A stretch of 16,963 nt of DNA. It comes from Candidatus Eiseniibacteriota bacterium (GTDB taxonomy: Bacteria; Eisenbacteria; RBG-16-71-46). Location of the stretch: contig JANLWX010000113.1 of the NCBI GenBank assembly GCA_031364845.1, forward strand, positions 1 to 16,963, in the 5' to 3' direction. The translations under genes were made by a program, and so were the position numbers. Position 1 is the first letter of the stretch, and each line of letters opens with the position of its first letter. Shown here one piece after another: positions 1 through 8,901 of the stretch. The notes beneath the pieces were generated by a model that saw nothing but the letters and a program-made list of their open reading frames with translations, had not been told where the DNA came from and searched no databases.

Positions 1-1
1 C

Positions 2-3000
2 GGTGATGACGTGCGGCGGCCGTCCGCCGCGCGACTCGCCGAGCACCCACTCGACGTAGGCGACGATCGAGATCCGGCGGGTGCGGCCCGAGAGGTTGCG
101 CAGCGAGATACGCGTGATCTTCAGCGGATCCTCGAGTGGAACGAACTGCAGCATCTCGCTCGAGATCCCGCGCGAGGTGTGGCGGAAGCGGCTGTAGCCC
201 TGGCCGTGGTGCGCGTCGTGCAGCGCGTTCGTATCGCGCACCGGCAGCGCCGTCGGACACCACACCTCGCCCGAAACCTCGTCGCGGAAGTAGAACACTT
301 CACCCGAAGGATCCGACACCGGATCGTTCGACCACGGCGTCAGGCGATTCTCGTGGCTGTTGAGCGACCACGTGAACGACGACCCCGACTCCGACACCAG
401 GAATCCGAAATCGGGATTCGCGATGACGTTGACCCACGGCCGCGGCGTGGCGATGTGTCCTTCGAGCAGCGTCACGTACTCGCGGCCACCGTCGGCAAAA
501 CCGCCGAGGCCATTGAAGAACGCGAGTTCCGGACGCAGCGGCGGGGGCTCGGGCTGCGATTCGAACCGCACCGCGCGCGGCGGCGGCGGAAGTGCCACCG
601 CGGCGCGCTCCGCGCGCATCACCTGCTCGGACAACGAACCGCGCCGGCTCAGCAGCACCACGCGCGCCACCGTCTGGAGCAGCAGGCGCTCGGCGGCCGA
701 CAGAAGCTCCGCGCGCAGCAGGTAGATGCTGCCGCGCGCTCCGTCGGATTCCGGATAAAGCCGCAGCTGGCTGCCGTGAACCAGGTGCGTCAGCTCGACC
801 TGCAGCGCCTGCGCATACGACGGCGGATGCTCGTTGAGGATCACGACATCGACCGTCATGCCCTTCATGCGCCAGTACTCGTGGGCACGCAGCAACTCGC
901 GCACGATCTCGATGTCGTCGGTGTCGTCGATACGGCACAGTACGATCGGGCGGTCGCCCGAGATGCCGTGCGCCCACAACGCCGACAGCGCGAGCGTGCT
1001 GCGGCTCAGCGTCTCCGTGGGCGGGCGCAGCGTGGGATCCGAATAGATCATGCCCGTGGCGAGCCGCTGGAAGATGTTCGCGTCGGCGGGCTTCACGCCG
1101 ATGTGATGAAGCTGGACCTGGGCCTGCGTCCACGCGCGCGCCATGGTGCGTTCGAACGTGTGAGGATCGCCGTACTTGGCCGCGAGGTGGAGCACGGTTC
1201 CGCGATCGGCGGCGACCACGGTCGAGAACGCGACATGGGCGGTCTCGCCCGGGGCGACCTTGACCGTGCAGCGCAGGCTCAGGATCGGATCGAGCACCGA
1301 TCCCACGGTGCCCGACAGCGGCTTGCCATCGAAGATGGCGGCGGGCTCGCGCACATCGCGGCCGCGACCGATGAAGCACGCGCGATCCGTCTCGAATCCG
1401 ACCTTCGGGGCCGGATCGCCTTCGACCACGCACACGTGCGCGGCCCACACCGCGGACTCCGACTCCGCGCGGCGGCGCCGGGTCGCGAGCAGCGCGCCGA
1501 CCTCGGACACGAATTCGGTCTGTACGAACAGATTCGAGAACGCGGCATGCGCGACGTCCGCCGCCTGCGGCGCGAGGCACAATTCCGCGTACGACGTGAT
1601 CTCGATATCGCGCGTGCGCGTGCCGAGATTCGAGACCGACACGCGCCGTGTCTCCGCGTCGTCCTCGCTCGACACCACGACTTCGAGCGTCGTCGTCAGC
1701 GCGCGATCGTGGCGGATGATTTCGGCGTGATCCTCCGAGAACGAAGCTTCGTAGAAGTCGGCATCGACGCCGACCGGTTGATGCCCCGCCGACCACACGA
1801 TGCCGCTGTTCACGTCGCGAAGGAACAGGAACGTGCCCCAGCAATCGCGCGTCGCGTCCTCGCGCCAGCGCGTGACGGCGAGATCGCGCCAGCGGCTGTA
1901 GCCCGAGCCGGCCGCGCTCAGCATCACCGAATAGCGGCCGTTGGACATCAGATGCGTGCGCGGAATCGGATCGTGGGGTGTGGACGTGAATCGGCGCGCG
2001 GCCGGCGGCAGGACCTCCCGCACCTCGGCACCGGACACGTCGACCGCGCGCGGCCGGGCGACCATGACGTCGCGTGGGGTGCGCTCCTGAAGCAACAACT
2101 CGGTCGCCTGCACCATCGGCTCGGTGTGGAAGCGCGTCCGCATCACCCCGTCGCACAGCACGTTCGTGATCGCGATCAGCGACATGCCCTGGTGATGCGC
2201 CATGTAGGCGCGCACCACCGCGACTTCGTCGCCTTCGGGCAGGCGTGACGGCGTGTAGTCGAGGGCCTCGTAGTAGCCGTACGCGCCGCGTCCGCCCGCC
2301 GCCGACAGCCGCGAGAGATTGGCGACGGCCGCCGCGGGCTGGAACATCGCGGCGAGTGCGGTGGCATACGGGGCGACCACGGATTCCTCGCGCAGACCGC
2401 GCTTGAGCCCGAGGCCGGGAACGCCGAAGTTCGAGTACTGATACGTCATCTCGAAGTCGCGGACGTTGTAGGCGGATTCGGACACGCCCCACGGGATCCG
2501 GCGCTCGGAGCCGTATTCGATGTGGCGCCGCACCGCGCGTTCGCACGTCTGCCGCAGCAGGCTGCCCGGCGGCGTGCGCATCACGAGCTCCGGCATCAGG
2601 TATTCGAACATCGAACCCGACCACGAGATCAGCGCCGAACCCCGGCCCACCGGTGTCAGCGGGCGCCCGAGGCGGAACCAGTGGGACGACGGAATGTCGC
2701 CCTTCGCGATCGCGATGAAACTGGTGAGACGCGCTTCGGAGGCGAGCAGGTCGTAGTAGCCCTCGTCGAGCTTGTTGTCGCCGGGGCGGAACCCGATCGA
2801 GAACAGATGCCGCGTGCTGTCGTACAGGAACGTGAAGTCCATCGCATGGAACATGCGGTCGGCGGTCTCGGCAATCGCGGTCAGCCTGCGATCGTGGTGC
2901 GTCTCAGCGGCGCTCACCGTTCCCGGACCGAATGCCTCCGCGTCGCGCGCGTGACTTTCGGCCCACGTCTGCAGCGCGGCGGCCGCCAGCGCGATCTCCG

Positions 3001-6000
3001 ATTCCTCGCCGTGTCCGCGTTCCCGCACCAGCTCCTGAGCGAGAGCCGCAACCGAGAGCACCGGGCCCATCACGATGGCGAAGCGCTCGATCGGGCTGCG
3101 AGTGCCGGAGGCCGCAGGGTCGAGCAGCACCGACAGTTCAGCGATCGCGCTGCCGAGCCGCTTCTGTGCGGCGGTCCGCTCGCGCGCGGCGTCACTGTCC
3201 TTCGCCAGCGCGCTGCGCAGCAGGTGCAGGGCGTCGGCGGCGCCATCGATCGCAAGCTCGCTGAACCCCGCATTCGTGATGCGCTCGCGGCAGCCGTTGG
3301 CCAGCACCAGCAGGTTGCCGGCGAGGTTGCCACTGTCCACCGACGACACGTAGCGCGGTTCGAGCGGACGCAGGTCGCGCGTGTCGTACCAGTTGTAGAG
3401 ATGGCCGCGCACGAGTTCGAGCCGCTTCACGGTCGCCATCGTCGCCTCGAGACGCTCGAGCATGTCGATGGTCCCGATCCATCCGAAATCTCGGGCCGCA
3501 AGCGTCGAGAGCAGATAGAGCCCGATGTTGGTCGGCGACGTCCGATGCGCGACCACCGGCTCCGGAAGCTCCTGGAAATTGTCGGGCGGCAGCGCGCTGT
3601 CCTCCGCCGTCACGAAGCGTTCGAAGAATTGCCACGTGCGCCGGCCGGTCGAGCGCAACGCGAGCCGGTCCGCCGGAGTCACGACCGCGATCACCGGCTG
3701 GCGCGGGGGCAGGCTGATCCAGCGCGCGATCGCCGGTGCTGCGAGCCACAGCCCGACGATCGGAGCTGCGTACAGCAACGCCCCGTGGCCGGCCATGATC
3801 AGCACGAACGCCGCCACGATCGCGAGCACGACTCCGCCGATCATGCGCCGATAGATTCCCGCCAGCTCGAAGCGGCCCGCGTAGCTGGTCTGCGCCGCGG
3901 CCACCCACTCGAGCAGCTTGCGGTGCGTGACGAACATGCGGGTCAGCGATCGCGCGATCGCATCCGCCATCATCGCGGCGTGGTGGGCGAGGAACGCGAC
4001 ATTGAGCCCGAACTGCGCGGATCCGATCGCGAGATCCGACGCGACGCCCGTGATGTGGCTGGTCTTGGAGATCCCGCCGCGCCGCGGAAGCAGTCCCATC
4101 ACGAACGACATCAACGCCGGCACCGCCAGAGTCGCGAGGATGAACGCCGTCCATAGCCGCGCGAGATCCGGACGCAAGGTCCACGCGACGACCAGCGTCG
4201 CGAACGCGGCGGGGGCCGAGAGCGTGCGTCGCAGGTTGTCGAGCATCTTCCAGCGGCCGATCAAGGGAATGGCTGCGTCGTTGCCCTTTCCGCCGGCGAG
4301 CCACGGCAGCAGCTGCCAGTCGCCGCGCGCCCATCGATGCTGGCGCGCCGCCGAGGCCTCGAAGTGGGTCGGGAACTCCTCGATCAGCTCGATGTCGGAC
4401 GCGAGTGCCGCGCGCGCGAAGGTGCCCTCGAATAGATCGTGGCTCAGCATCGTGTTCTCCTGCACTTTGCCGGCGAGCGCGGCCTCGAATGCGTCGATGT
4501 CGTAGATGCCCTTGCCGGTGTAGGAGCCTTCGAGGAACAGGTCCTGATAGACGTCCGACACGGCGGCCGCATAGGGGTCGAGGCCGCACGGCCCCGAAAA
4601 TGCCTTCTGGAACAGCGAGCCTTCGCGGTCGGTGGGCAGTGAAGGCGTGATGCGCGGCTGAACGATCGCGTAGCCTTCGACCACCCGTCCGGCGGCCGCA
4701 TCATGCCGCGGGCGGTTGAGCGCGTGCGCCAGCGTTCCGATCAGGCGGTGTGCCGCGCCCCGCGGGAGGCGCGTGTCGGCATCGAGTGTAATCACGAATT
4801 GCACGCCGGGAATCGGAGCCGGCGACTTGCCGGCGGTCGCGATGAACGATGTGTCGGTCGAGCCGCGCATGAGCTGGTTCAGCTCGTGCAGCTTGCCGCG
4901 TTTGCGTTCCCATCCCATCCACACGCCTTCGCGCTCGTTCCACAGCCGCCGCCGATGGAGCACCAGGAAACGATTCCCGCCGTCGGGGGTGGGGCCGTGC
5001 AGCGCGTTCAGCCGGGCGATGCCTTCGACCGCGATCGCGAGCAGCTCGTCGTCGGCCGGCATCGATTCGGCCTTGGCGTCCGCCCAGTCGGAGAGCAGAG
5101 CGAACCTCAGTTCGTCGTCGGCGTTCGCGAGATAGTGGACGCCGAGCCGTTCGACCTGTTCTTCGATCGTCGCGCGCGACGTGAGCAATGTCGGCATCAC
5201 CACGATCGCGCGCAGATGAGCGGGCACCCCACGGCTCAGGTCGAGGCGCGGCAACGGGCGCGGACCGAGCACTTCCGACACCGCACGCTGGACGATCGCG
5301 ATCGCGAGGTCCGACGCCGGTATCGCCGCGAGCAGCGCGAGGATCCATGCGGTGGCCGGGCTCATCCCGGCCGCGACCGACAGGGCGACCGGCAGAGCGA
5401 GCATCAGCGCCGATGAGACGGCGATGCTCGTGAGATACGACGTCGCCGCGGAGTTCACGTAGGCGCGGATCGGCCACTCGCGCAGCGGCGCGCGGTATCC
5501 CAGCTCGCGCTCGAACGCCGGCCGGCCGCGCGAAACGAGATAGAACCCCGGATCGGCTTGCGGTGTGGACGGTGTCGCCGCATCTGCGCGACCGTTCGTG
5601 CCCGCCGCCGCGGCCGCGTTCCGCAGGGCGGAACGGGCCACTTCGATCTCCGAGTAGCCGGAGCCGCGCGACAGATCTTCGATCGCGTGGCGATAGAGAT
5701 CGCGCGTGGTGAAGTCCATGCCCGCGAACGATTCGCTCGTTCGCAGTTCCGCATCGACGAGGCTCACGCTCTCGAAGAAGTCCGACCATTCGAACGACGA
5801 CATCAGCCGCATGCTGGTGATGATGTTGCGCATCGTGGCGCTCGCCGCACCCTGGCGCTGATGCTCCTCGCGCACGACCTCATCTGCGCTCGTGCCCTGT
5901 GCTGCCAGACGCTGATCCAGCCACTCCTGCACCGGGCGCACGCGCGGATCGAGGTCGCGCAACCTCCACACGAGATGTGCCGCGAACGCGGTGCTCATGC

Positions 6001-6673
6001 GGCGGCCTTCGATGAGCCGCATGACTGCCGATGCCGGTGCCGCCGCGCGCTCGTCGTCGCTCAGCAGGCTGTCGGCGAGCGCGTCCGCTTCGTCACGCGC
6101 CGAGCGATGCAGGACGATCCGATCGGCGAGACGGCGAAGGTTCTCCACAAGCACAACGCGCATCGTGATCGCCACCGCCCACAATTCGCCGATCGTCAGC
6201 GGCTGGACGTGCTGATAGGCGGTGACGAAATGCAGGAGCGCTTCCGGATCGAAGCGGCTGTCGGTGTGCGCGACGAAAGCCCACGCGACGCCGTAGACGC
6301 GCGGGTAGCCGGCCAGATGTCCGTGCGCAAGCTTTGGCAACTGGCGGTAGTAGCCGGCAGGGAGATCGTCGCGGATCTCCCGGATCTGTTCATCGACGAC
6401 ATGGAAGTTGTCGACGAGCCATTCCGCGGCCGGCGTGATCGCCCGCTTGTCGCGTATCGCGCGCGCGATCGCCTGGTACGAGCGCAAGAGCACGCGTCCG
6501 TTCTCGCGCACGCGCGGCACGAGCGGGCGCCCGCGCCGGGAGTCGGTGGAGATGGTCTGCGCGGCGGCGAGGCTCTCGGCGTGCAGGATGAATCGATCGA
6601 GTCCGAAGATCTCGGCTCGGATCGGCTCTTCCAGAACCTGGTGCGGAGTCCCGGTCACTTCGTGAACGGTCAT
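2..6673 (-). CDS. ndvB: Cyclic beta-1,2-glucan synthase (Cgs/NdvB/ChvB family); 3'-partial, about 2224 codons in window, continues past position 1
   Basis: Hand-translated from ATG at 6673: MTVHEVTGTPHQVLEEPIRAEIFGLDRFILHAESLAAAQ. An alternative in-frame ATG lies at 6763, bounded by a TGA at 6776-6778. Frame spot-checked as identical at 6673, ~4502, ~2582 and position 2. Family motifs: ERKRGKL (~4890-4910), TLDADTRLP (~4763-4790), SDVYQDLFLEGSYTGKGIYD (~4500-4560), LSHDLFEG (~4424-4447), RQHRWARGDWQL (~4310-4345), TSPTNIGLYL, VSSVDSGNL, YYDLLASEAR, LISWSGSMFEYLMP (~2590-2633), PWGVSESAY, YQYSNFGVPGLGLKR, AYMAHHQGM, LMSNGRYSVMLSAAGSGYSRW, FFNGLGGF, PWVNVIANPDFG, ENRLTPWSNDP, AYVEWVLG. Confidence 0.95.
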   Translation of the reverse strand, partial: MTVHEVTGTPHQVLEEPIRAEIFGLDRFILHAESLAAAQTISTDSRRGRPLVPRVRENGRVLLRSYQAIARAIRDKRAITPAAEWLVDNFHVVDEQIREIRDDLPAGYYRQLPKLAHGHLAGYPRVYGVAWAFVAHTDSRFDPEALLHFVTAYQHVQPLTIGELWAVAITMRVVLVENLRRLADRIVLHRSARDEADALADSLLSDDERAAAPASAVMRLIEGRRMSTAFAAHLVWRLRDLDPRVRPVQEWLDQRLAAQGTSADEVVREEHQRQGAASATMRNIITSMRLMSSFEWSDFFESVSLVDAELRTSESFAGMDFTTRDLYRHAIEDLSRGSGYSEIEVARSALRNAAAAAGTNGRADAATPSTPQADPGFYLVSRGRPAFERELGYRAPLREWPIRAYVNSAATSYLTSIAVSSALMLALPVALSVAAGMSPATAWILALLAAIPASDLAIAIVQRAVSEVLGPRPLPRLDLSRGVPAHLRAIVVMPTLLTSRATIEEQVERLGVHYLANADDELRFALLSDWADAKAESMPADDELLAIAVEGIARLNALHGPTPDGGNRFLVLHRRRLWNEREGVWMGWERKRGKLHELNQLMRGSTDTSFIATAGKSPAPIPGVQFVITLDADTRLPRGAAHRLIGTLAHALNRPRHDAAAGRVVEGYAIVQPRITPSLPTDREGSLFQKAFSGPCGLDPYAAAVSDVYQDLFLEGSYTGKGIYDIDAFEAALAGKVQENTMLSHDLFEGTFARAALASDIELIEEFPTHFEASAARQHRWARGDWQLLPWLAGGKGNDAAIPLIGRWKMLDNLRRTLSAPAAFATLVVAWTLRPDLARLWTAFILATLAVPALMSFVMGLLPRRGGISKTSHITGVASDLAIGSAQFGLNVAFLAHHAAMMADAIARSLTRMFVTHRKLLEWVAAAQTSYAGRFELAGIYRRMIGGVVLAIVAAFVLIMAGHGALLYAAPIVGLWLAAPAIARWISLPPRQPVIAVVTPADRLALRSTGRRTWQFFERFVTAEDSALPPDNFQELPEPVVAHRTSPTNIGLYLLSTLAARDFGWIGTIDMLERLEATMATVKRLELVRGHLYNWYDTRDLRPLEPRYVSSVDSGNLAGNLLVLANGCRERITNAGFSELAIDGAADALHLLRSALAKDSDAARERTAAQKRLGSAIAELSVLLDPAASGTRSPIERFAIVMGPVLSVAALAQELVRERGHGEESEIALAAAALQTWAESHARDAEAFGPGTVSAAETHHDRRLTAIAETADRMFHAMDFTFLYDSTRHLFSIGFRPGDNKLDEGYYDLLASEARLTSFIAIAKGDIPSSHWFRLGRPLTPVGRGSALISWSGSMFEYLMPELVMRTPPGSLLRQTCERAVRRHIEYGSERRIPWGVSESAYNVRDFEMTYQYSNFGVPGLGLKRGLREESVVAPYATALAAMFQPAAAVANLSRLSAAGGRGAYGYYEALDYTPSRLPEGDEVAVVRAYMAHHQGMSLIAITNVLCDGVMRTRFHTEPMVQATELLLQERTPRDVMVARPRAVDVSGAEVREVLPPAARRFTSTPHDPIPRTHLMSNGRYSVMLSAAGSGYSRWRDLAVTRWREDATRDCWGTFLFLRDVNSGIVWSAGHQPVGVDADFYEASFSEDHAEIIRHDRALTTTLEVVVSSEDDAETRRVSVSNLGTRTRDIEITSYAELCLAPQAADVAHAAFSNLFVQTEFVSEVGALLATRRRRAESESAVWAAHVCVVEGDPAPKVGFETDRACFIGRGRDVREPAAIFDGKPLSGTVGSVLDPILSLRCTVKVAPGETAHVAFSTVVAADRGTVLHLAAKYGDPHTFERTMARAWTQAQVQLHHIGVKPADANIFQRLATGMIYSDPTLRPPTETLSRSTLALSALWAHGISGDRPIVLCRIDDTDDIEIVRELLRAHEYWRMKGMTVDVVILNEHPPSYAQALQVELTHLVHGSQLRLYPESDGARGSIYLLRAELLSAAERLLLQTVARVVLLSRRGSLSEQVMRAERAAVALPPPPRAVRFESQPEPPPLRPELAFFNGLGGFADGGREYVTLLEGHIATPRPWVNVIANPDFGFLVSESGSSFTWSLNSHENRLTPWSNDPVSDPSGEVFYFRDEVSGEVWCPTALPVRDTNALHDAHHGQGYSRFRHTSRGISSEMLQFVPLEDPLKITRISLRNLSGRTRRISIVAYVEWVLGESRGGRPPHVIT

Positions 6674-7029
6674 GACGGGTCCACGTTCCGGGGCTCGGAA
6701 TCTTCGAAGACATGCGTGCGCGCCAAACAGCTCCTTCGGGGGCCGACAGAGACCCCTGGACATGCGGCACGAGTTTCAAGTTCCCAGCGGGCGACGCCGG
6801 CATGCGGTCCACGTCCCCGGAATCGGAGCAGCAGACTAACCTGCCGGCACTTCAAGCGCGAGCGTCCCCCGGGCATCGCTCGCTCGTTGTAGATCCGGGG
6901 GCGATTTGGACATTTCTTCTATGAGCTCACGATTCCAGAACCTCAGGCAACGTCCGCTGCGCATGCGAACACTCCTGCCAAGCCATTTCGTGTCAACGAG
7001 CTAGCCAATAATTCCTCGCGTTCGTCGGA

Positions 7030-7044
7030 TGGCATCAATCGTGC
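7030..7044 (+). promoter_or_regulatory. Putative sigma-54 (RpoN) -24/-12 promoter
   Basis: TGGCATCAATCGTGC: GG (7031-7032), 10 nt, GC (7043-7044). Matches the TGGCAC-N5-TTGC consensus with two mismatches; about 75 nt upstream of the beta-barrel gene start. Confidence 0.55.
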
Positions 7045-7117
7045 GGTAAGCATCGGCGCCGTTGCGATCAGGCAAAGAAGACCCAACGCGAACATGGACT
7101 CTTATCAGGAGGACAAT

Positions 7118-7696
7118 ATGAACCGGATCAACGTGTACTTCACGGCCGCGCGAGTCGCGCGATTCTCAGCCGGCCTGTGTGCGCTCACCTTGTTGCTCGC
7201 CGTCCATCCGAACCGCTCGAACGCCGGAGAGATCATCCCGTCGCTCGGCATCACGAAGTCCACCGACGACAACTCGGGCGACGCCAAGTTCTCGGGCGGC
7301 CTCGCGTTTCGCGGAGCGATCGTACCGTTCCTCAAGGCTGAAGTCGGAGTGTCGTATCGCCAGCAGTCGTACTTCGGCGACGACCTGAAGATCCAGCAGT
7401 GGCCCATCACCGGATCGCTGTGGCTGACCCCGTTCCCGGTGGTCTACGCGGGCGGCGGTGTCGGCTACTACCAGACGACCTACAAATACAGCGGCGCGCT
7501 GCCGTTCGAAGACGGCACCGACCAGAAGTTCGGCGTGCATCTCGGTGGCGGACTGGACGTGCCGATCGCCCCGAACCTCGGGCTCGACATCAGTGGCCGC
7601 TACATCTTCATGGAGCAGAAGAAGGAAGAACTGCCTCCGAACGAGTTCAATCCCGACTACTGGACCACTTCGGTGGGCCTCGCGATCAGGTTCTAA
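7118..7696 (+). CDS. Outer-membrane beta-barrel protein (small OmpA/OmpW-like barrel), 192 aa
   Basis: Strong SD CAGGAGG upstream of ATG 7118, preferred over the ORF-track ATG at 7094. Sec signal peptide ending ...SNA. Alternating amphipathic strands (AEVGVSY, VYAGGGVGYY, FGVHLGGGLDV, LGLDISGRY). C-terminal beta-signal TSVGLAIRF ending in Phe. Confidence 0.85.
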   Translation: MNRINVYFTAARVARFSAGLCALTLLLAVHPNRSNAGEIIPSLGITKSTDDNSGDAKFSGGLAFRGAIVPFLKAEVGVSYRQQSYFGDDLKIQQWPITGSLWLTPFPVVYAGGGVGYYQTTYKYSGALPFEDGTDQKFGVHLGGGLDVPIAPNLGLDISGRYIFMEQKKEELPPNEFNPDYWTTSVGLAIRF

Positions 7697-7726
7697 CAGG
7701 GCCACACATCGAAGGAGACATGAGTC

Positions 7727-8386
7727 ATGGAATCCACTGACCGCTTTGTCGAACGGGTGAGATCCTTCCTCGTCGGAGGAATCCTCATCATGGCATCGAT
7801 CGTCCTGCTCAATAGCTGCAACGAGACCGAGGGCACGACGGCCAACGCATCGGGCGGCGAGACCTCCAAGTCTGAAACGCATTCATCGACCGTTCCGGCC
7901 GGCACCACGCTGAACGTCGCGCTCGGCACCACGATCTCGTCGAAGGATGCGAACTCGGGAGACGCGTGGCACGGCACCGTCACGGACAACGTGACGACCG
8001 CAAATGGCGTGATGATCCCGGCAGGCAGCAAGGTTTCGGGTGTCGTCACGGGAGTGGTTCACGCGAAGCGCGGAGACCTGGCGATGCTGGATCTCGCGGT
8101 CCGTTCGGTGGAAGTCGACGGTAGGTCGACGTCAATGGACGCCAACACTCAGCCGGTCGTCGCGGGATCGCCGCGCGCGCGCAATCTCGGCGCGATCGCC
8201 GGTGGTGCTGCAGCGGGTGCCCTGATCGGCAAGTCGGTCGGTGATGGGAAGAATGCCGCGGTCGGTGGTCTGATCGGCGGCGCGACCGCTGCAGGCGTGG
8301 TCGCTGCGTCCAAGGGTTATCAGGTCGTCCTGAAGAGCGGAACCGTGATGAATTTCACGGTCAATGAAACCGTGAGCATGCGATAG
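7727..8386 (+). CDS. Putative lipoprotein with a beta-rich domain and C-terminal glycine zipper, 219 aa
   Basis: SD AAGGAG at 7712-7717. Hydrophobic signal ending LLNS-C, Ser/Thr/Gly linker, two internal (V/I)PAG(T/S) motifs (TVPAGTTLNV, MIPAGSKVSG), and glycine zipper LGAIAGGAAAGALIG...AAVGGLIGGATAAG. Confidence 0.8.
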   Translation: MESTDRFVERVRSFLVGGILIMASIVLLNSCNETEGTTANASGGETSKSETHSSTVPAGTTLNVALGTTISSKDANSGDAWHGTVTDNVTTANGVMIPAGSKVSGVVTGVVHAKRGDLAMLDLAVRSVEVDGRSTSMDANTQPVVAGSPRARNLGAIAGGAAAGALIGKSVGDGKNAAVGGLIGGATAAGVVAASKGYQVVLKSGTVMNFTVNETVSMR

Positions 8387-8392
8387 CTGTAA

Positions 8393-8427
8393 ACCAGGGT
8401 GAACGGCAGGATGCCGTTCGCCCTGGT
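8393..8427 (+). terminator. Strong stem-loop (partial terminator or mRNA-stabilising hairpin) between the lipoprotein and PA2779-like genes
   Basis: ACCAGGGTGAACGGCA-GGA-TGCCGTTCGCCCTGGT: 16-bp stem with one G-U pair, 6 nt after the TAG stop; only a weak U tail (CTCATTT). Confidence 0.6.
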
Positions 8428-8496
8428 CTCATTTGCAGAGGAGTGATTCACTGCCGGCAATCGATGCCGGATACGATCCATACCCGGAGGTTCGTC

Positions 8497-8901
8497 ATGA
8501 GGATGTTCCCGAAACCGCTTTTCGTGTGGACGGCGATTGCCGTCGTCGCGTGCCTCGTCACGCTCGACATCGCCCCCGCAGCCGCCGGACTCACGGCTTC
8601 GCGCACGTCCGGCACGACCACGATCGCGTCCACGCGTGACGCGGACATGGTCATTGCCCAGCGCGCGCTCGAGAACAAGGTCGTCGCGCAGAAGCTCACG
8701 GACTACGGGGTAGCGCCGGGCGACGTCCAGATGAAGCTCGCGAGCATGTCGGACAAGGATCTGCACACGCTCGCCACCGCCTCGACCGGACTTCCGAGCG
8801 GCGGTGACGGAACCACCGGAGCAATCATCGGCGTGCTCGTGGTCGTGATCCTCGTCATCGTGGTCCTGAGGCTCATGAATCGCGAAGTCGTCGTACGGTG
8901 A
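8497..8901 (+). CDS. PA2779-family-like exported protein with a double-glycine motif and hydrophobic C-terminal helix, 134 aa
   Basis: SD GGAGG (8486-8490) 6 nt before ATG 8497; the ORF-track start at 8443 is probably too long. Signal peptide ending APAAA. Core LENKVVAQKLTDYGV...LASMSDKDLHTLA, then LPSGG, then the hydrophobic segment AIIGVLVVVILVIVVL. Adjacent to a C39-like peptidase, as expected for the family. Confidence 0.85.
   Translation: MRMFPKPLFVWTAIAVVACLVTLDIAPAAAGLTASRTSGTTTIASTRDADMVIAQRALENKVVAQKLTDYGVAPGDVQMKLASMSDKDLHTLATASTGLPSGGDGTTGAIIGVLVVVILVIVVLRLMNREVVVR

Noticed and set aside
300..5789. Minus-strand ORFs 300..2624, 3192..4589, 4701..5789 as fragments of a frameshifted gene
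   Set aside because: Off-frame Arg/Gly-rich translations; the real motifs lie in another frame that was the same at every point checked.
6858..6883. Small hairpin GCGAGCG...CGCTCGC
   Set aside because: 7-bp GC-rich stem with no U tract; expected by chance.
11..6892. Long plus-strand ORFs 11..2248, 2522..4156, 4703..5416, 5558..6892
   Set aside because: Arg/His-rich antisense shadows of the glucan synthase caused by high-GC codon bias; no recognisable motifs.
6965..6980. Possible minus-strand sigma-54 site TGGCAGGAGTGTTCGC for the synthase
   Set aside because: GG-to-GC spacing is 11 nt, not the required 10.
7720..7740. Mini-ORF MSHGIH right after the SD
   Set aside because: ATG is only 2 nt from AAGGAG; the ATG at 7727 has proper spacing.
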